Shown: positions 40,501-53,676, counted from the first letter of the stretch. The stretch: 64,000 nucleotides of DNA from Eledone cirrhosa (GCA_964016885.1 CAXHJY010000889.1:62001-126000); one strand, 5' to 3'. Made by a program: numbers and translations. Notes: a model not told the origin generated them from the letters alone.

Positions 40501-42856
40501 TTTCGAAAACCTTATATAATCAATTTTTTTATACTTTTAAAAATATTTATATCTGATTTCAAATATTGATTTTTTTAGGTTTTTCGGAACCTTAATTATA
40601 TAATCAATTTTTTTTTAGGTTTTTCGAAATATATACTTCTGCATTAATCTTTTTACGTTATTCTGATTTTTTGCATATTTCGAAATCTAAAAAAAACGTA
40701 AAAATTTAATGCTTTTACAAATCTTTCGAAATATTTACTTTCTGGTTTCAAATTTTGCAGATTAAATTTTTTTCGAAAAACCTAAAAAAATCAGTTTTCG
40801 AAATCAGAAGTTAATATTTCGGAAAATGCAATTTGGAAAACGCATATTAATTTTTTTTCGAAAACCTTATATAATCGATTTTTTTATACTTTTAGAAATA
40901 TTTATATCCGATTTCAAATATTGATTTTTTTAGGTTTTTCGAAAACCTTATATAATCAATTTTTTTATACTTTTATATCTGATTTTTTTATACTTTTATA
41001 TCTGATTTCAAATATTGATTTTTTTAGGTCTTTCGAAAACCTTATATAATCAATTTTTTTTAGTTTTTTCGAAAAAGAGTTCATAGTCGAAATATATACT
41101 TCCGCATTAATCTTTTTACGTTTTTCTGATTTTTTGCATGTTTCGAAATCTAAAAAAAACGTAAAAAATTAATGCTTTTACAAATCTTTAGAAATATTTA
41201 CTTTCTGGTTTCAAATCTTGCAGATTAAATTTTTTTCGAAAAACCTAAAAACTCAGTTTTCGAAATCAGAAGTTAATATTTCGGAAAATGCAATTTGGAA
41301 AACGCATATTAATTTTTTTTCGAAAACCTTATATAATCGATTTTTTTATACTTTTTGAAATATTTATATCCTATTTCAAATATTGATTTTTTTAGGTTTT
41401 TCGAAAACCTTATATAATCAATTTTTTTATACTTTTATATCTGATTTTTTTATACTTTTATATCTGATTTCAAATATTGATTTTTTTAGGTTTTTCGAAA
41501 ACCTTATATAATCAATTTTTTTTAGTTTTTTCTAAAAAGAGTTCATAGTCGAAATATATACTTCCGCATTAATCTTCTTACGTTTTTCTGATTTTTTGCA
41601 TGTTTCGAAATCTAAAAAAAACGTAAAAAATTAATGCTTTTACAAATCTTTAGAAATATTTACTTTCTGGTTTCAAATTTTGCAGATTAAATTTTTTTCG
41701 AAAAACCTAAAAAATCAGTTTTCTAAATCAGAAGTTAATATTTCGAAATATTGATTTTTTTTAGGTTTTTCGAAAACCTTATATAATTAATTTTTTTTAG
41801 TTTTTTCGAAAAAGAGTTCATATATACTTCTGCATTAATCTTTTTACGTTTTTCTGATTTTTTGCATGTTTCGAGATCTAAAAAAAACGTAAAAATTTAA
41901 TGCTTTTACAAATCTTTCGAAATATTTACTTTCTGGTTTCAAATTCTGCAGATTAAACTTTTTTCGAAAAACCTAAAAAAATCAATTTTCGAAATCAGAA
42001 GTTAATATTTAGAAATATTGATTTTTTTTTAGGTTTTTCGAAAACCTTATATAATTAATTTTTTTTAGGTTTTTCGAAAAAGAGTTCATATATACTTCTG
42101 CATTAATCTTTTTACGTTTTTCTGATTTTTTGCATGTTTCGAAATCTAAAAAAAACGTAAAAATTTAATGCTTTTACAAATCTTTCGAAATATTTACTTT
42201 CTGGTTTCAAATTTTGCAGATTAAATTTTTTTCGAAAAACCTAAAAAAATCAGTTAATATTTTAAAAAAAGAAGTTAATATTTCGAAAAACGCAATTTGA
42301 AAAGCGCATATTCATTTTTTTTTCGAAAACCTTATATAATCAATTTGTTTATACTTTTAGAAATATTTATATCTGATTTCAAATATTGATTTTTTTAGGT
42401 TTTTCGGAACCTTATATAATCAATTTTTTTTAGGTTTTTCGAAATATATACTTCTGCATTAATCTTTTTACGTTATTCTGATTTTTTGCATATTTCGAAA
42501 TTTAAAAAAAACGTAAAAATTTAATGCTTTTACAAATCTTTCGAAATATTTACTTTCTGGTTTCAAATTTTGCAGATTAAATTTTTTTCGAAAAACCTAA
42601 AAAAATCAGTTTTCGAAATTAGAAGTTAATATTTTGGAAAATGCAATTTGGAAAACGCATATTAATTTTTTTTCGAAAACCTTATATAATCGATTTTTTT
42701 ATACTTTTAGAAATATTTATATCTGATTTCAAATATTGATTTTTTTATAAAAATCAGTTTTTGAATTCAGAAGTTAATATTTCGAAAAACGCAAATCAAT
42801 TTGTTTATACTTTTAGAAATATTTATAACTGATTTCAAATATTGATTTTTTTTAGG
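34563..42856. repeat. SatA block 3 (about 8.29 kb)
   Basis: Same first monomer (CCTGGCTTC variant) and last monomer as block 2, but a different internal monomer order. Confidence 0.97.
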
Positions 42857-45800
42857 TTTAAGTCTAAGGCTTGATGTTGGGGTTTAAGTCTATGTCTAAG
42901 GGTTGGGGTTGGGGTTTAAGTCTAAGTCTAAAGCTTGTATTTGTGGTTCAAGTCTAAGTCTAAGGCTTGAGTTTGGGGTTTATGTGTAAGTCTAAGTTTA
43001 AGGTTACGTCTAAGGCTAGGGGTTGGGGTTTAAATCTAAGTCTGAGGCTTGGGTTTGGGGTTTAAATGTAAGCTTTGGGTTGGGGTTAACGTCTAAGTCT
43101 AAGGCTTGTGGTTAGGGTTTAAGTCTAAGTTTAGGGGTTGGTGTTTAAGTTTACGTCTAAGGCTAGGGGTTGGGGTTAAGTCTAAGTCTAAGCGTTGCGC
43201 TATAAGTCTAAGTCTGAGGCTTGAGGTTGGGGTTTAAGTCTAAGTCTAAGGCTTTGGGTTGGGGTTTAAGCCTAAGTCGAAGACTTGGCTTTTGGGTTTA
43301 AGTCTAAGGCTTGTGTTTATGGTTTAATTCTTGGGTTTGGGGTTTAAGTGTAAATCTAAGGCTAATGAGTTGGTGTTTAAGTGTAAGTCTAATGCTAGTG
43401 GTTGGGGTTTAAGTCTAACTTGGGGTTGGGGTTCAACTCTGAGGCTAAAGCTTGGGGTTGGGGTTTAAGTCAAAGGTTTGGGGTTGGGGTTTAAGTTTAA
43501 GTCTAAGGCTAGGAGTTGGTGTTTAAGTCTAACACTAAGGCTTAGGGTTGGGGTTTATGTCTAAGCCTTGTGGTTATGGTTTAATTCAAAAGCTTGGAGT
43601 TGGGGTTTAAGCCTAAGTCTAAAGCTTGGGGTTGGGGTTTAAGCCTAAGGCTTCGGGTTAAGGTCTAAGTGCAAGACTTGGTGTTAGGGTTTAAATCTAA
43701 GTCTAATGCTAGTGGTTGGGTTTTAAGTCTAAGGCTTGGGCTTGTGATTTAAGTCTAAGGCTAAGGCTTGGGGTTTGGGTTTAAGTCTATCTCTAAGGCT
43801 TGGTGTTGGGGATTAAATCTATGTCTAAGGCTTTGGGTTGTGATTTAAGTCTAAGTCTAAGGCCTGGGGTTGAGGTTTAAATCTAAGTCTAAGGCTTGGG
43901 GTTGGTGTTTAATGTAAAGTCTAAGGCTAGTAGTTGGGTCTCAAGTCTAAGTCTAAGCCTTGGGGTTGACGTTAAAATCTAAGTCTAAGGCTTGAGGTTG
44001 GCGTTTAAGTCTACGTCTAAGGCTTGAGGTTGGGGCTTAAATCTATGTCTATGGCTTGGGGTTTAAGTCTAAATCTAAGGCTTATGTTTGGGGTAAGTTT
44101 TAAGTCTAAGGCTTGGGATTGGGATTTAAGTTTAAGTCTAAGGCTTGGGGTTAGGGTTTAAGTTTAAGTCTAAAGCTTCGGTATGGGGTTTAAGTTTAAT
44201 TCTAAGGCTTTTGGTAGAGGTTTAAGTCTGCGACTAAGGCTTGGGGTTGGTCTCTAAGTCTAAGGCTTGGGGTTGGGGTTTAAGTCTAAGTCTTATGCTT
44301 GTGGTTGGGTTTCAAATCTAAGTCTAACATTTGCGCTTGATCTTCAAGTCTAACTCTAAGGCTTGGGATTGGGGTGTAAGTCTAAGTCAAAGGCTTGTGG
44401 TTGGGGTTTAAATCTATCTCTAAGGCTTGGGGTTAAAGTCTAAGTCTACAGCTTAATGTTGGCGAGTAAGTCTAAGTCTAAGGATTGGTGTTGGGGATTA
44501 TATCTATGACTAAGGCTTTGGTTGTGTTTTAAGTCTATGTCTAAGGCCTGGGGCTGGTATTTAAATCTAAGTCTAAGGATTGGGGGTCGAGGTTTAAGAC
44601 TAAATTTAAGGCTTGGGGTTGGGGTTTAATGTTAAGTCAAAGGCTAGGAGTTGGTATTTAAGTCAAAGTCTAAGGCTTGGGGATGGGGTTTGTGTCTAAG
44701 ACTTGTGGTTATAGTTTAATTCTGAGGCTTGGAGTTAGGGTTTAAGTCTAAGTCTAATGCTAGATGTAGGGGTTTAAGTGTAAGTCTAAGGCTTGGGGTT
44801 GGGGTTCGAGTCTAAGTCTAAGGCTTGCGGTTGGGGTTTAAGTCTTGTGGTTGGGTTTTATGTCGAAGTCAAACCTTGGGGTCGGGGTTTAAGTCTAAGT
44901 CTAAGTCTTGGAGTTGGGGTGTAAGTCTAAGTCTAAGGCTTGGGGTTGGGGTTTAAGTCTAAGTCTAAGCCTTTTGGTTGGGGTTTAAGTGTATGTCTAA
45001 GGGTTGGTGTTGGATTTAAGTCTAAGTCAAATGCTTGGGTTTGGGCTTTATGTCTAAGTCTATGTCTTGGGGTTGGGGTTTAAGTCTAAGTTTAAGGCTT
45101 GGAGCTGGGGTTTAACTCTAAGTCTAAGTCTTGAGGTTGGGGTTTAAATCTATGTCTATGGCGTGGAGTTTAAGTCTAAGTCTAATGCTAGTGGTTGGGT
45201 TTTAAGTCTAAGTCTTAGGCTTGGGGTTGGGGTTCAAGTCTAAGTCTAAGGCTTAAGGTTGGGGTTAAGTCTAAGTCTAAGACTTGGGGTTGGGGTTTAA
45301 GTCTAAGTTTAAGGCTTGGAGCTGGGGTTTAACTCTAAGTCTAAGTCTTGAGGTTGGGGTTTAAATCTATGTCTATGGCGTGGAGTTTAAGTCTAAGTCT
45401 AATACTAGTGGTTAGGTTTTAAGTCTAAGTCTAAGGCTTGGGGTTGAGGTTCAAGTCTAAGTCTAAGGCTTGAGGTTGGGGTTTAAGTCTACGTCTAAGG
45501 TTTGAGGTTGGTGTCTATGGCTTGGGGTTTAAGTCTAAATCTAAGACTTATGGTTGGGGTAAGTCTAAGTCTAATGCTTGTGGTTGGGGTTTAAGTCTAA
45601 ATCTAAGACTTTCGGTTGGGGTTTAAGTTTACAAGCTGGGCTAAGGCTTGGGGTTAGGTTTTAAGTCTAAGGCTTGAGGTTGGGGTTTAAGTCTAAGTCT
45701 AAGTCTTGAAGTTGAGGTTTAAATCTATGTCTATGGCTTGGAGTTTAAGTCTAAGTCTAATGCTAGTGGTTGGGGTTTAAGTCTAAGTCTAAGGCTTGGG

Positions 45801-48800
45801 GTTAGGGTTTAAGTTTAAGTCTAAAGCTTCGGTTTGGGGTTTCAGTTTAATTCGAAGGCTTTCGGTAGAGGTTTAAGTCTACGACTAAGGCTTGGTGTTG
45901 GTTTTTAAGTGTAAGGTTTAAGTCTAAGTCTTATGCTTGTGGTTGGGGTTTAAGTCGAAGTCTAAGGCTTGGGCTTGGTGTATAAATCTAAGTCTAACGC
46001 TTGTGCTTGATCTTCAAGTCTAACTCTATGGTTTGGGGTTGTGGTGTAAATCTAAGTCTAAGGCTTGGGGTTCGGGTTTAAATCTAAGTCTAAGGCTTGG
46101 TGTTGGGGTTTGAGTCTAAGTATAAGGCGTGTGGTTGGGGTTTATGTCTAAGACTAAGGCATGGGGTAAGGGTTTAAGTCTAAGGCTAAGGCTTGGGGTT
46201 AGGATGTGAGTATAAATCTAATGCTTGGCGTTAGGGTTTAAGTCTAAGTCTAAGGCTTGGGTTTGGGGTATAAATCTAATTATAAGGATAAGGTTGGGGT
46301 TCGGGTTTAAGACTAAGTGTTGTGGTTAGGATTTAATTCTAAGGCTTGGCGTTGGGGTTTACGTCTAAGTCTAAAGCTTGGGGTAGGGGTTTAAGTCATG
46401 TCGAAGGCTTGGAGTTTAAGTCTAACTCTAAGGCTTTGGTTTGGGGTTTAAGACTACGTGTAAGGCTTGAGGTTGGGGTTTAAGTCTTGGAGTTGGGGTT
46501 TAATTTTACGTCTAAGGCTTGGGTTTGTGGTTTAAGTCTAAGTCTAAGAGTTGGTATTAGTCTTTAAATCTAAGGCTTGGATTTGGGGTGTAAGTCTAAG
46601 TCTAAGGCTTGTGGTTGGGGTTTAAATCCATGTCTAAGGCTTAGGGTTTAAGTCTAAGTCTAAAGCTTAATGTTGGGGATTAAGTCTAAGTCTAAGACTT
46701 AAGGTTGGGGTTTAAGTCTACGTCTAAGGCTTGTGGTTGGGTTTTATGTAGAAGTCTAAACATGGGGTTGGGGTTTAAGTCTATGTCTAAGGCTTGGGAT
46801 TGGGGTTTAAGTCTAAGTCTAAGGATTTGTGTTGGTTTTTAAGTTTACGTGTTGGGCTAAGACTTGGGTTTGGGGTTAAGTTGTAAGTCTAAAGCTTGTT
46901 ATAAGGGTTTAATTCTAAGGCTTGGGGTTGTGGTTTAAGTCTATGTATAAGACTTGGGGTTGGGGTTTAATTCTAAGTCTAAGGCTTTGGTTTGGGGTTA
47001 GTGTCTAAGTCTAAGGCTTGAGGTTGGGATTTAAATCTAAGTCTAAGTCTTGGAGTTGGGGTTTAAGTTTACGTCTAAGGTAAGGGGTTGGGGTGTAAGT
47101 CTAAGTCTAAGGCTTTGGGTTGGGGTTTATGTCTAAGTCTAAGGCTTTGGGTTGGGGTTTAAGTCTAAGTCTAAGCCTTTTGGTTGGGGTTTAAGTGTAT
47201 GTCTAAGGGTTGGTGTTGGATTTAAGTCTAAGTCAAATGCTTGGATTTGGGCTTTATGTCTAAGTCTAAGTCTTGGGGTTGGGGTTTAAGTCTAAGTTTA
47301 AGGCTTGGAGCTGGGGTTTAACTCTAAGTCTAAGTCTTGAGGTTGGGGTTTAAATCTATGTCTATGGCGTGGAGTTTAAGTCTAAGTCTAATGCTAGTGG
47401 TTGGGTTTTAAGTCTAAGTCAAATGCTTGGGTTTGGGCTTTATGTCTAAGTCTAAGTCTTGGGGTTGGGGTTTAAGTCTAAGTCTAAGGCTTGGAGCTGG
47501 GGTTTAACTCTAAGTCTAAGTCTTGAGGTTGGGGTTTAAATCTATGTCTATGGCGTGGAGTTTAAGTCTAAGTCTAATGCTAGTGGTTGGGTTTTAAGTC
47601 TAAGTCTTAGGCTTGGGGTTGGGGTTGAAGTCTAAGTCTAAGGCTTAAGGTTGGGGTTAAGTCTAAGTCTAAGACTTGGGGTTGGGGTTTAAGTCTAAGT
47701 TTAAGGCTTGGAGCTGGGGTTTAACTCTAAGTCTAAGTCTTGAGGTTGGGGTTTAAATCTATGTCTATGGCGTGGAGTTTAAGTCTAAGTCTAATGCTAG
47801 TGGTTGGGTTTTAAGTCTAAGTCTTAGGCTTGGGGTTCAAGTCTAAGTCTAAGGCTTAAGGTTGGGGTTAAGTCTAAGTCAAAAGGTTGGGGTTTAAGTC
47901 TAAGGCTTGGGGTTAGGGTTTATGTCTAAGGATTGGTGTTGGGGGTTTAAGTCTAAGTCTAAGGATTGGGTTTAAGTCTAAGTCTAAGTCTAGTTGTTGG
48001 GATTTAAGTCCAAATCTAAGACTTGGGGTTGGGATTCAACTCTAAGTCTAAGGCTTGGTGTTGGGGTTTGAATCTATGTGTATGGCTTGGGGTTTAACTC
48101 GAAGTCTAAGGCTTAATGTTGGGGTTTAAGTATAAGTCTAATGCTATTGGTTGGGGTTTATGTCGATGTCTAAAGCTTCGGGTTGGGGTTTAAGTTTAAG
48201 TCTAAGGCTTGGATTTTGGGTTTAAGTCTAAGTCTAAGTCTAATGTGGTTGGGGTTTAAGACCAAGTCTAAGGCTTGGAGCTGGGGTTTAAGTCTATTGC
48301 TAAGTCTTGAGGTTGGTGTTTAAATCTATGTCTATGGCTTGGAGTTTAAGTCTAAGTCTAATACTAGTGGTTAGGTTTTAAGTCTAAGTCTAAGGCTTGG
48401 GGTTGAGGTTCAAGTCTAAGTCTAAGGCTTGAGGTTGGGGTTTAAGTCTACGTCTAAGGTTTGAGGTTGGTGTTTAAATCTATGTCTATGGCTTGGGGTT
48501 TAAGTCTAAATCTAAGACTTATGGTTGGGGTAAGTCTAAGTCTAATGCTTGTGGTTGGGGTTTAAGTCTAAATCTAAGACTTTCGGTTGGGGTTTAAGTT
48601 TACAAGCTGGGCTAAGGCTTGGGGTTAGGTTTTAAGTCTAAGGCTTGAGGTTGGGGTTTAAGTCTAAGTCTAAGTCTTGAAGTTGAGGTTTAAATCTATG
48701 TCTATGGCTTGGAGTTTAAGTCTAAGTCTAATGCTACTGGTTGGGGTTTAAGTCTAAGTCTAAGGCTTGGGGTTAGGGTTTAAGTTTAAGTCTAAAGCTT

Positions 48801-50819
48801 CGGTTTGGGGTTTCAGTTTAATTCGAAGGCTTTCGGTAGAGGTTTAAGTCTACGACTAAGGCTTGGTGTTGGTTTTTAAGTGTAAGGTTTAAGTCTAAGT
48901 CTTATGCTTGTGGTTGGGGTTTAAGTCGAAGTCTAAGGCTTGGGCTTGGTGTATAAATCTAAGTCTAACGCTTGTGCTTGATCTTCAAGTCTAACTCTAT
49001 GGTTTGGGGTTGTGGTGTAAATCTAAGTCTAAGGCTTGGGGTTCGGGTTTAAATCTAAGTCTAAGGCTTGGTGTTGGGGTTTGAGTCTAAGTATAAGGCG
49101 TGTGGTTGGGGTTTATGTCTAAGACTAAGGCATGGGGTAAGGGTTTAAGTCTAAGGCTAAGGCTTGGGGTTAGGATGTGAGTATAAATCTAATGCTTGGC
49201 GTTAGGGTTTAAGTCTAAGTCTAAGGCTTGGGTTTGGGGTATAAATCTAATTATAAGGATAAGGTTGGGGTTCGGGTTTAAGACTAAGTGTTGTGGTTAG
49301 GATTTAATTCTAAGGCTTGGCGTTGGGGTTTACGTCTAAGTCTAAAGCTTGGGGTAGGGGTTTAAGTCATGTCGAAGGCTTGGAGTTTAAGTCTAACTCT
49401 AAGGCTTTGGTTTGGGGTTTAAGACTACGTGTAAGGCTTGAGGTTGGGGTTTAAGTCTAAGTCTTGGAGTTGGGGTTTAATTTTACGTCTAAGGCTTGGG
49501 TTTGTGGTTTAAGTCTAAGTCTAAGTGTTGGTATTAGTCTTTAAATCTAAGGCTTGGATTTGGGGTGTAAGTCTAAGTCTAAGGCTTGTGGTTGGGGTTT
49601 AAATCCATGTCTAAGGCTTAGGGTTTAAGTCTAAGTCTAAAGCTTAATGTTGGGGATTAAGTCTAAGTCTAAGACTTAAGGTTGGGGTTTAAGTCTACGT
49701 CTAAGGCTTGTGGTTGGGTTTTATGTAGAAGTCTAAACATGGGGTTGGGGTTTAAGTCTATGTCTAAGGCTTGGGATTGGGGTTTAAGTCTAAGTCTAAG
49801 GATTTGTGTTGGTTTTTAAGTTTACGTGTTGGGCTAAGACTTGGGTTTGGGGTTAAGTTGTAAGTCTAAAGCTTGTTATAAGGGTTTAATTCTAAGGCTT
49901 GGGGTTGTGGTTTAAGTCTATGTATAAGACTTGGGGTTGGGGTTTAATTCTAAGTCTAAGGCTTTGGTTTGGGGTTAGTGTCTAAGTCTAAGGCTTGAGG
50001 TTGGGATTTAAATCTAAGTCTAAGTCTTGGAGTTGGGGTTTAAGTTTACGTCTAAGGTAAGGGGTTGGGGTGTAAGTCTAAGTCTAAGGCTTTGGGTTGG
50101 GGTTTATGTCTAAGTCTAAGGCTTTGGGTTGAGGTTTAAGTCTATGTCTAAGTCTTGGGGTTGGGGTTTAAGTCCAAGTGTTGGGATTGGGATTTAAGTA
50201 TATGTCTAAGTTTGGGGTTTAAGTCTAATGCTAGTGATTTAGTTTTAAGAGTAAGTCTAAGGCTTGGGGTTGGGTTTTAAGTCTATGTCTAAGGCTTGTG
50301 GTTTCTGTTTACGTCTAAGTCTAAGGCTTGAGGTTAAGGTTTAAGTCTATGTCTAATGCTTGGGGTTGGGGTTGGGGTCTAAGTCTTTGGGTTGGAGTTT
50401 AATTCTAAGTTTAAAGCTTGGGTTTACGGTTAGGCTTTAAGACTAAGGCTTGTGGCTGGGGTTCAAGTCTAACTCTAAGGGTTGGGGTTTAAGACTAAAT
50501 CAGAGGTTTGGGGTTGGGGTTTACGTCTAAGTCTAAGACTAGGAGTTGGGGTTCAAATCTAAGTCTAACCTTTGGGGTTGGGGTTTAAGTCTAAGTCTAA
50601 ACTTGCAGTTGGGGTTCAAGTCTAAGTCTAAGGCTTGAGTTTGCGGTTTAAGTCTAAGTCTAATTTTAAGGTTACGTCTAAGGCTAGGGGTTTGGGTTTA
50701 GTCTAAGTCTAAGGGTTGGGGTTTGGGTTTAAGTCTAAGTCTAAGGCTTGGCGTTTGGGTTTAAGTCTAAGGCTTGTGTTTATGGTTTAATTCTAAGGCT
50801 TGTAGTTGGGGATTACGTC
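42857..50819 (+). repeat. SatB block 3 (about 7.96 kb, rearranged variant)
   Basis: Same start as blocks 1 and 2, a deletion of about 0.64 kb at ~43470, extra units at ~44730-45050, and a private diverged tail at ~50130-50819. Confidence 0.96.
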
Positions 50820-52387
50820 TAATTTTTTACGTTTTTCTGATTTTTTGCATGTTTCGAAATCTAAAAAAAACGTAAAAAATTAATGCTTTTACAAATCTTT
50901 CGAAATATCTACTTTCTGGTTTCAAATTTTGCAGATTAAATATTTTTCGAAAAACCTAAAAAAATCAGTTTTCGAAATCAGAAGTTAATTTCGAAAAACG
51001 CAATTTGAAAACCGCATATTAAATTTTTTTCGAAAACCTTATATAATCAATTTTTTTATACTTTTAGAAATATTTATATCTGATTTCAAATATTGATTTT
51101 TTTAGGTTTTTCGAAAACCTTATATAATCAATTTTTTTTAGGTTTTTCGAAAAAGAATGAATGTGAGTTCATAGTCGAAATATATACTTCTGTATTAATC
51201 TTTTTACGTTTTTCTGATTTTTTGCATGTTTCGAAATCTAAAAAAAACGTAAAATATTAATGCTTTTACAAATCTTTAGAAATATTTACTTTCTGGTTTC
51301 AAATTTTGCAGATTAAATTTTTTTCGAAAAACCTAAAAAAATCAGTTTTCGAAATCAGAAGTTAATATTTCGAAAAACGCAATTTGAAAAACGCATATTA
51401 ATTTTTTTTTGAAAACCTTATATAATCAATTTTTTTATACTTTTAGAAATATTTATATCTGATTTCAAATATTGATTTTTTTAGGTTTTTCGAAAACCTT
51501 ATATAATCAATTTTTTTTAGGTTTTTCGAAAAAGAATGAATGTGAGTTCATAGTCGAAATATATATTTCTGCATTAATCTTTTTACGTTTCTGTGATTCT
51601 TTGCATGTTTCGAAATCTAAAAAAAACGTAAAAAATTAATGCTTTTACAAATCTTTAGAAATATTTACTTTCTGGTTTCAAATTTTGCAGATTAAATTTC
51701 TTTCGAAAAACCTAAAAAAATCAGTTTTCGAAATCAGAAGTTAATATTTCGAAAAACGCAATTTGAAAAACGCATATTAATTTTTTTTCGAAAACCTTAT
51801 ATATCAATTTTTTTATATTTTTAGAAATATTTATATCTGATTTCAAATATTGATTTTTTTAGGTTTTTCGAAAACCTTATATAATCAATTTTTTTTAGGT
51901 TTTTCGAAAAGGAATGAATGTGAGTTCATAGTCGAAATATATACTTCTGCATTAATCTTTTTACGTTTTTCTGATTTTTTGCATGTTTCGAAATCTAAAA
52001 AAAACGTAAAAAATTAATGCTTTTACAAATCTTTCGAAATATTTACTTTCTGGTTTCAAATTTTGCAGATTAAATTTTTTTCGAAAAAGCTAAAAAAATC
52101 AGTTTTCGAAATCAGAAGTTAATATTTCGAAATATTGATTTTTTTAGGTTTTTCGAAAACCTTATATAATTAATTTTTTTTAGGTTTTTCGAAAAAATTC
52201 ATAGTCGAAATATATACTTCTGCATTAATCTTTTTACGTTTTTCTGATTTTTTGCATGTAAATCTAAAAAAAACGTAAAAAATTAATGCTTTTACAAATC
52301 TTTCGAAATATCTACTTTCTGGTTTCAAATTTTGCAGATTCAATTTTTTTCGAAAAAATTTTGCAGATTAAATTTTTTTCGAAAAAC
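50820..52387. repeat. SatA block 4 (array edge; regular 378-379 bp monomers)
   Basis: GAATGAATGTGAGTTCATAG at 51155, 51534 and 51912. Confidence 0.95.
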
Positions 52388-52431
52388 ATAGATTGCGTAG
52401 GACTTACCTCGCCCTCAAACCACATAATGAC

Positions 52432-52433
<2 letters not shown>

Positions 52434-52469
<36 letters not shown>
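52434..52469 (+). repeat. Poly-G tract (36 G)
   Basis: Uninterrupted G run, counted directly. Confidence 0.95.
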
Positions 52470-52470
<1 letters not shown>

Positions 52471-53582
52471 GTGACTAGGGCTATAACACCCCACTTGCCG
52501 ATTTTTCAATGGGTAACCCCTGCTTGCCAAGGGAGACGTAAGATCTTCTTTTCATTCTTTTATCGCTTCCTTTATTTCCTTCCCCCCTTCTCTCCTTAGT
52601 CCTTCTACCCCAGCTCTTCTCCTTTGTCGGCGTCTTTTCTCGCCCACCCGAGGCTGCCCTTTGGCCCCTTGTAGCCTTAGTACCCCCACCCCCTCCCCTA
52701 GTCTATGATAGATTTGGTGGACTCCGCCTTTTATAGCAGTTGGTTTAGACCCCGGATACTTGCCCCCTTTTTCCGACCGCTCCCACTATTCTCCGTGCCT
52801 TCTATATTTCTTAGTGGCACTTATGCCTTATTTTTTCGTTTCAGTATTTCTTTCTTCGCTTTTCTTTTGGGCGGGGTGGATTCTGAATTTATTTTTCCGT
52901 ATTCTACCTTTACGTCATACGAACTTTCATGTAGCTTGTTTTAGATCTTTTAGAGTTAGCATTAGTATATATTTTTTTCGGGACTCAGAATTATTATCTC
53001 GTACTAGTTCACTTTGCTGCACTGGGTGGTTGCTGGCATTGTGCCCGGGATAGAAACCTTTATTATTTATTTCGTGGTTGTCTCTTTAGTATTTTGGCCC
53101 CTTTTGTTGACCCGTCACCGTATCATTTACGTACTTATACCTCTTAAAAGGGTCCTTGCCTATTCCGTCCCACCTAGTTCTTCTACTTATTTCGTTATTT
53201 CTTTATTTCTTTCTTTACTTCTTTCTTTCTTTCTTTATTTATTTATTCTAGCCTAACAATAGCTAGAGACCTAGGTCGTAGAACTTGCTTTACTTTTTTC
53301 TTTACACTTATTCGCTTTTCTTCACTCGCAGTATTTTTTCTTTCATTTATATTTTTACCCCCCATTGTTCTACCTACCGTTCCGACTTCCTCCCCTCCCC
53401 CTCCCCAGTATCTTCTTTGACCTCATGCCCAGCTGTAGCTGGCACTACCAACGCTTGATTGGGTCTACTCCACCCCTCCCCTCTTTCTCCTACTGGCAGG
53501 TTTAGCCACCATCTCCCCTACTAATTTGCAATCACAGAATTACTACTGATTTTTGACAATCACTTTGACCATATTTGGAATT

Positions 53583-53676
53583 ACCCCTTGAGAAGATCGG
53601 CTATTTAAATACCAGGATAAATTTTCATTTAGTCCAGAATTAGCCGTCGAAACGGCTTGAGCTCAGCTGTCGGGGT
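53583..53676 (+). ncRNA. Type I hammerhead ribozyme, U3-A8 core variant (HHR1)
   Basis: Stem I ACCCC/GGGGT; core TTGAGAA (53588-94); stem II GATCGGCTA/TAGCCGTC; GAAA (53649-52); stem III CGGCT/AGCTG; cleavage triplet GUC (53669-71). Confidence 0.82.

Noticed and set aside
12626-50819. SatB or SatA as a CRISPR array
   Set aside because: There is no constant repeat with unique spacers and no cas genes, and the context is eukaryotic.
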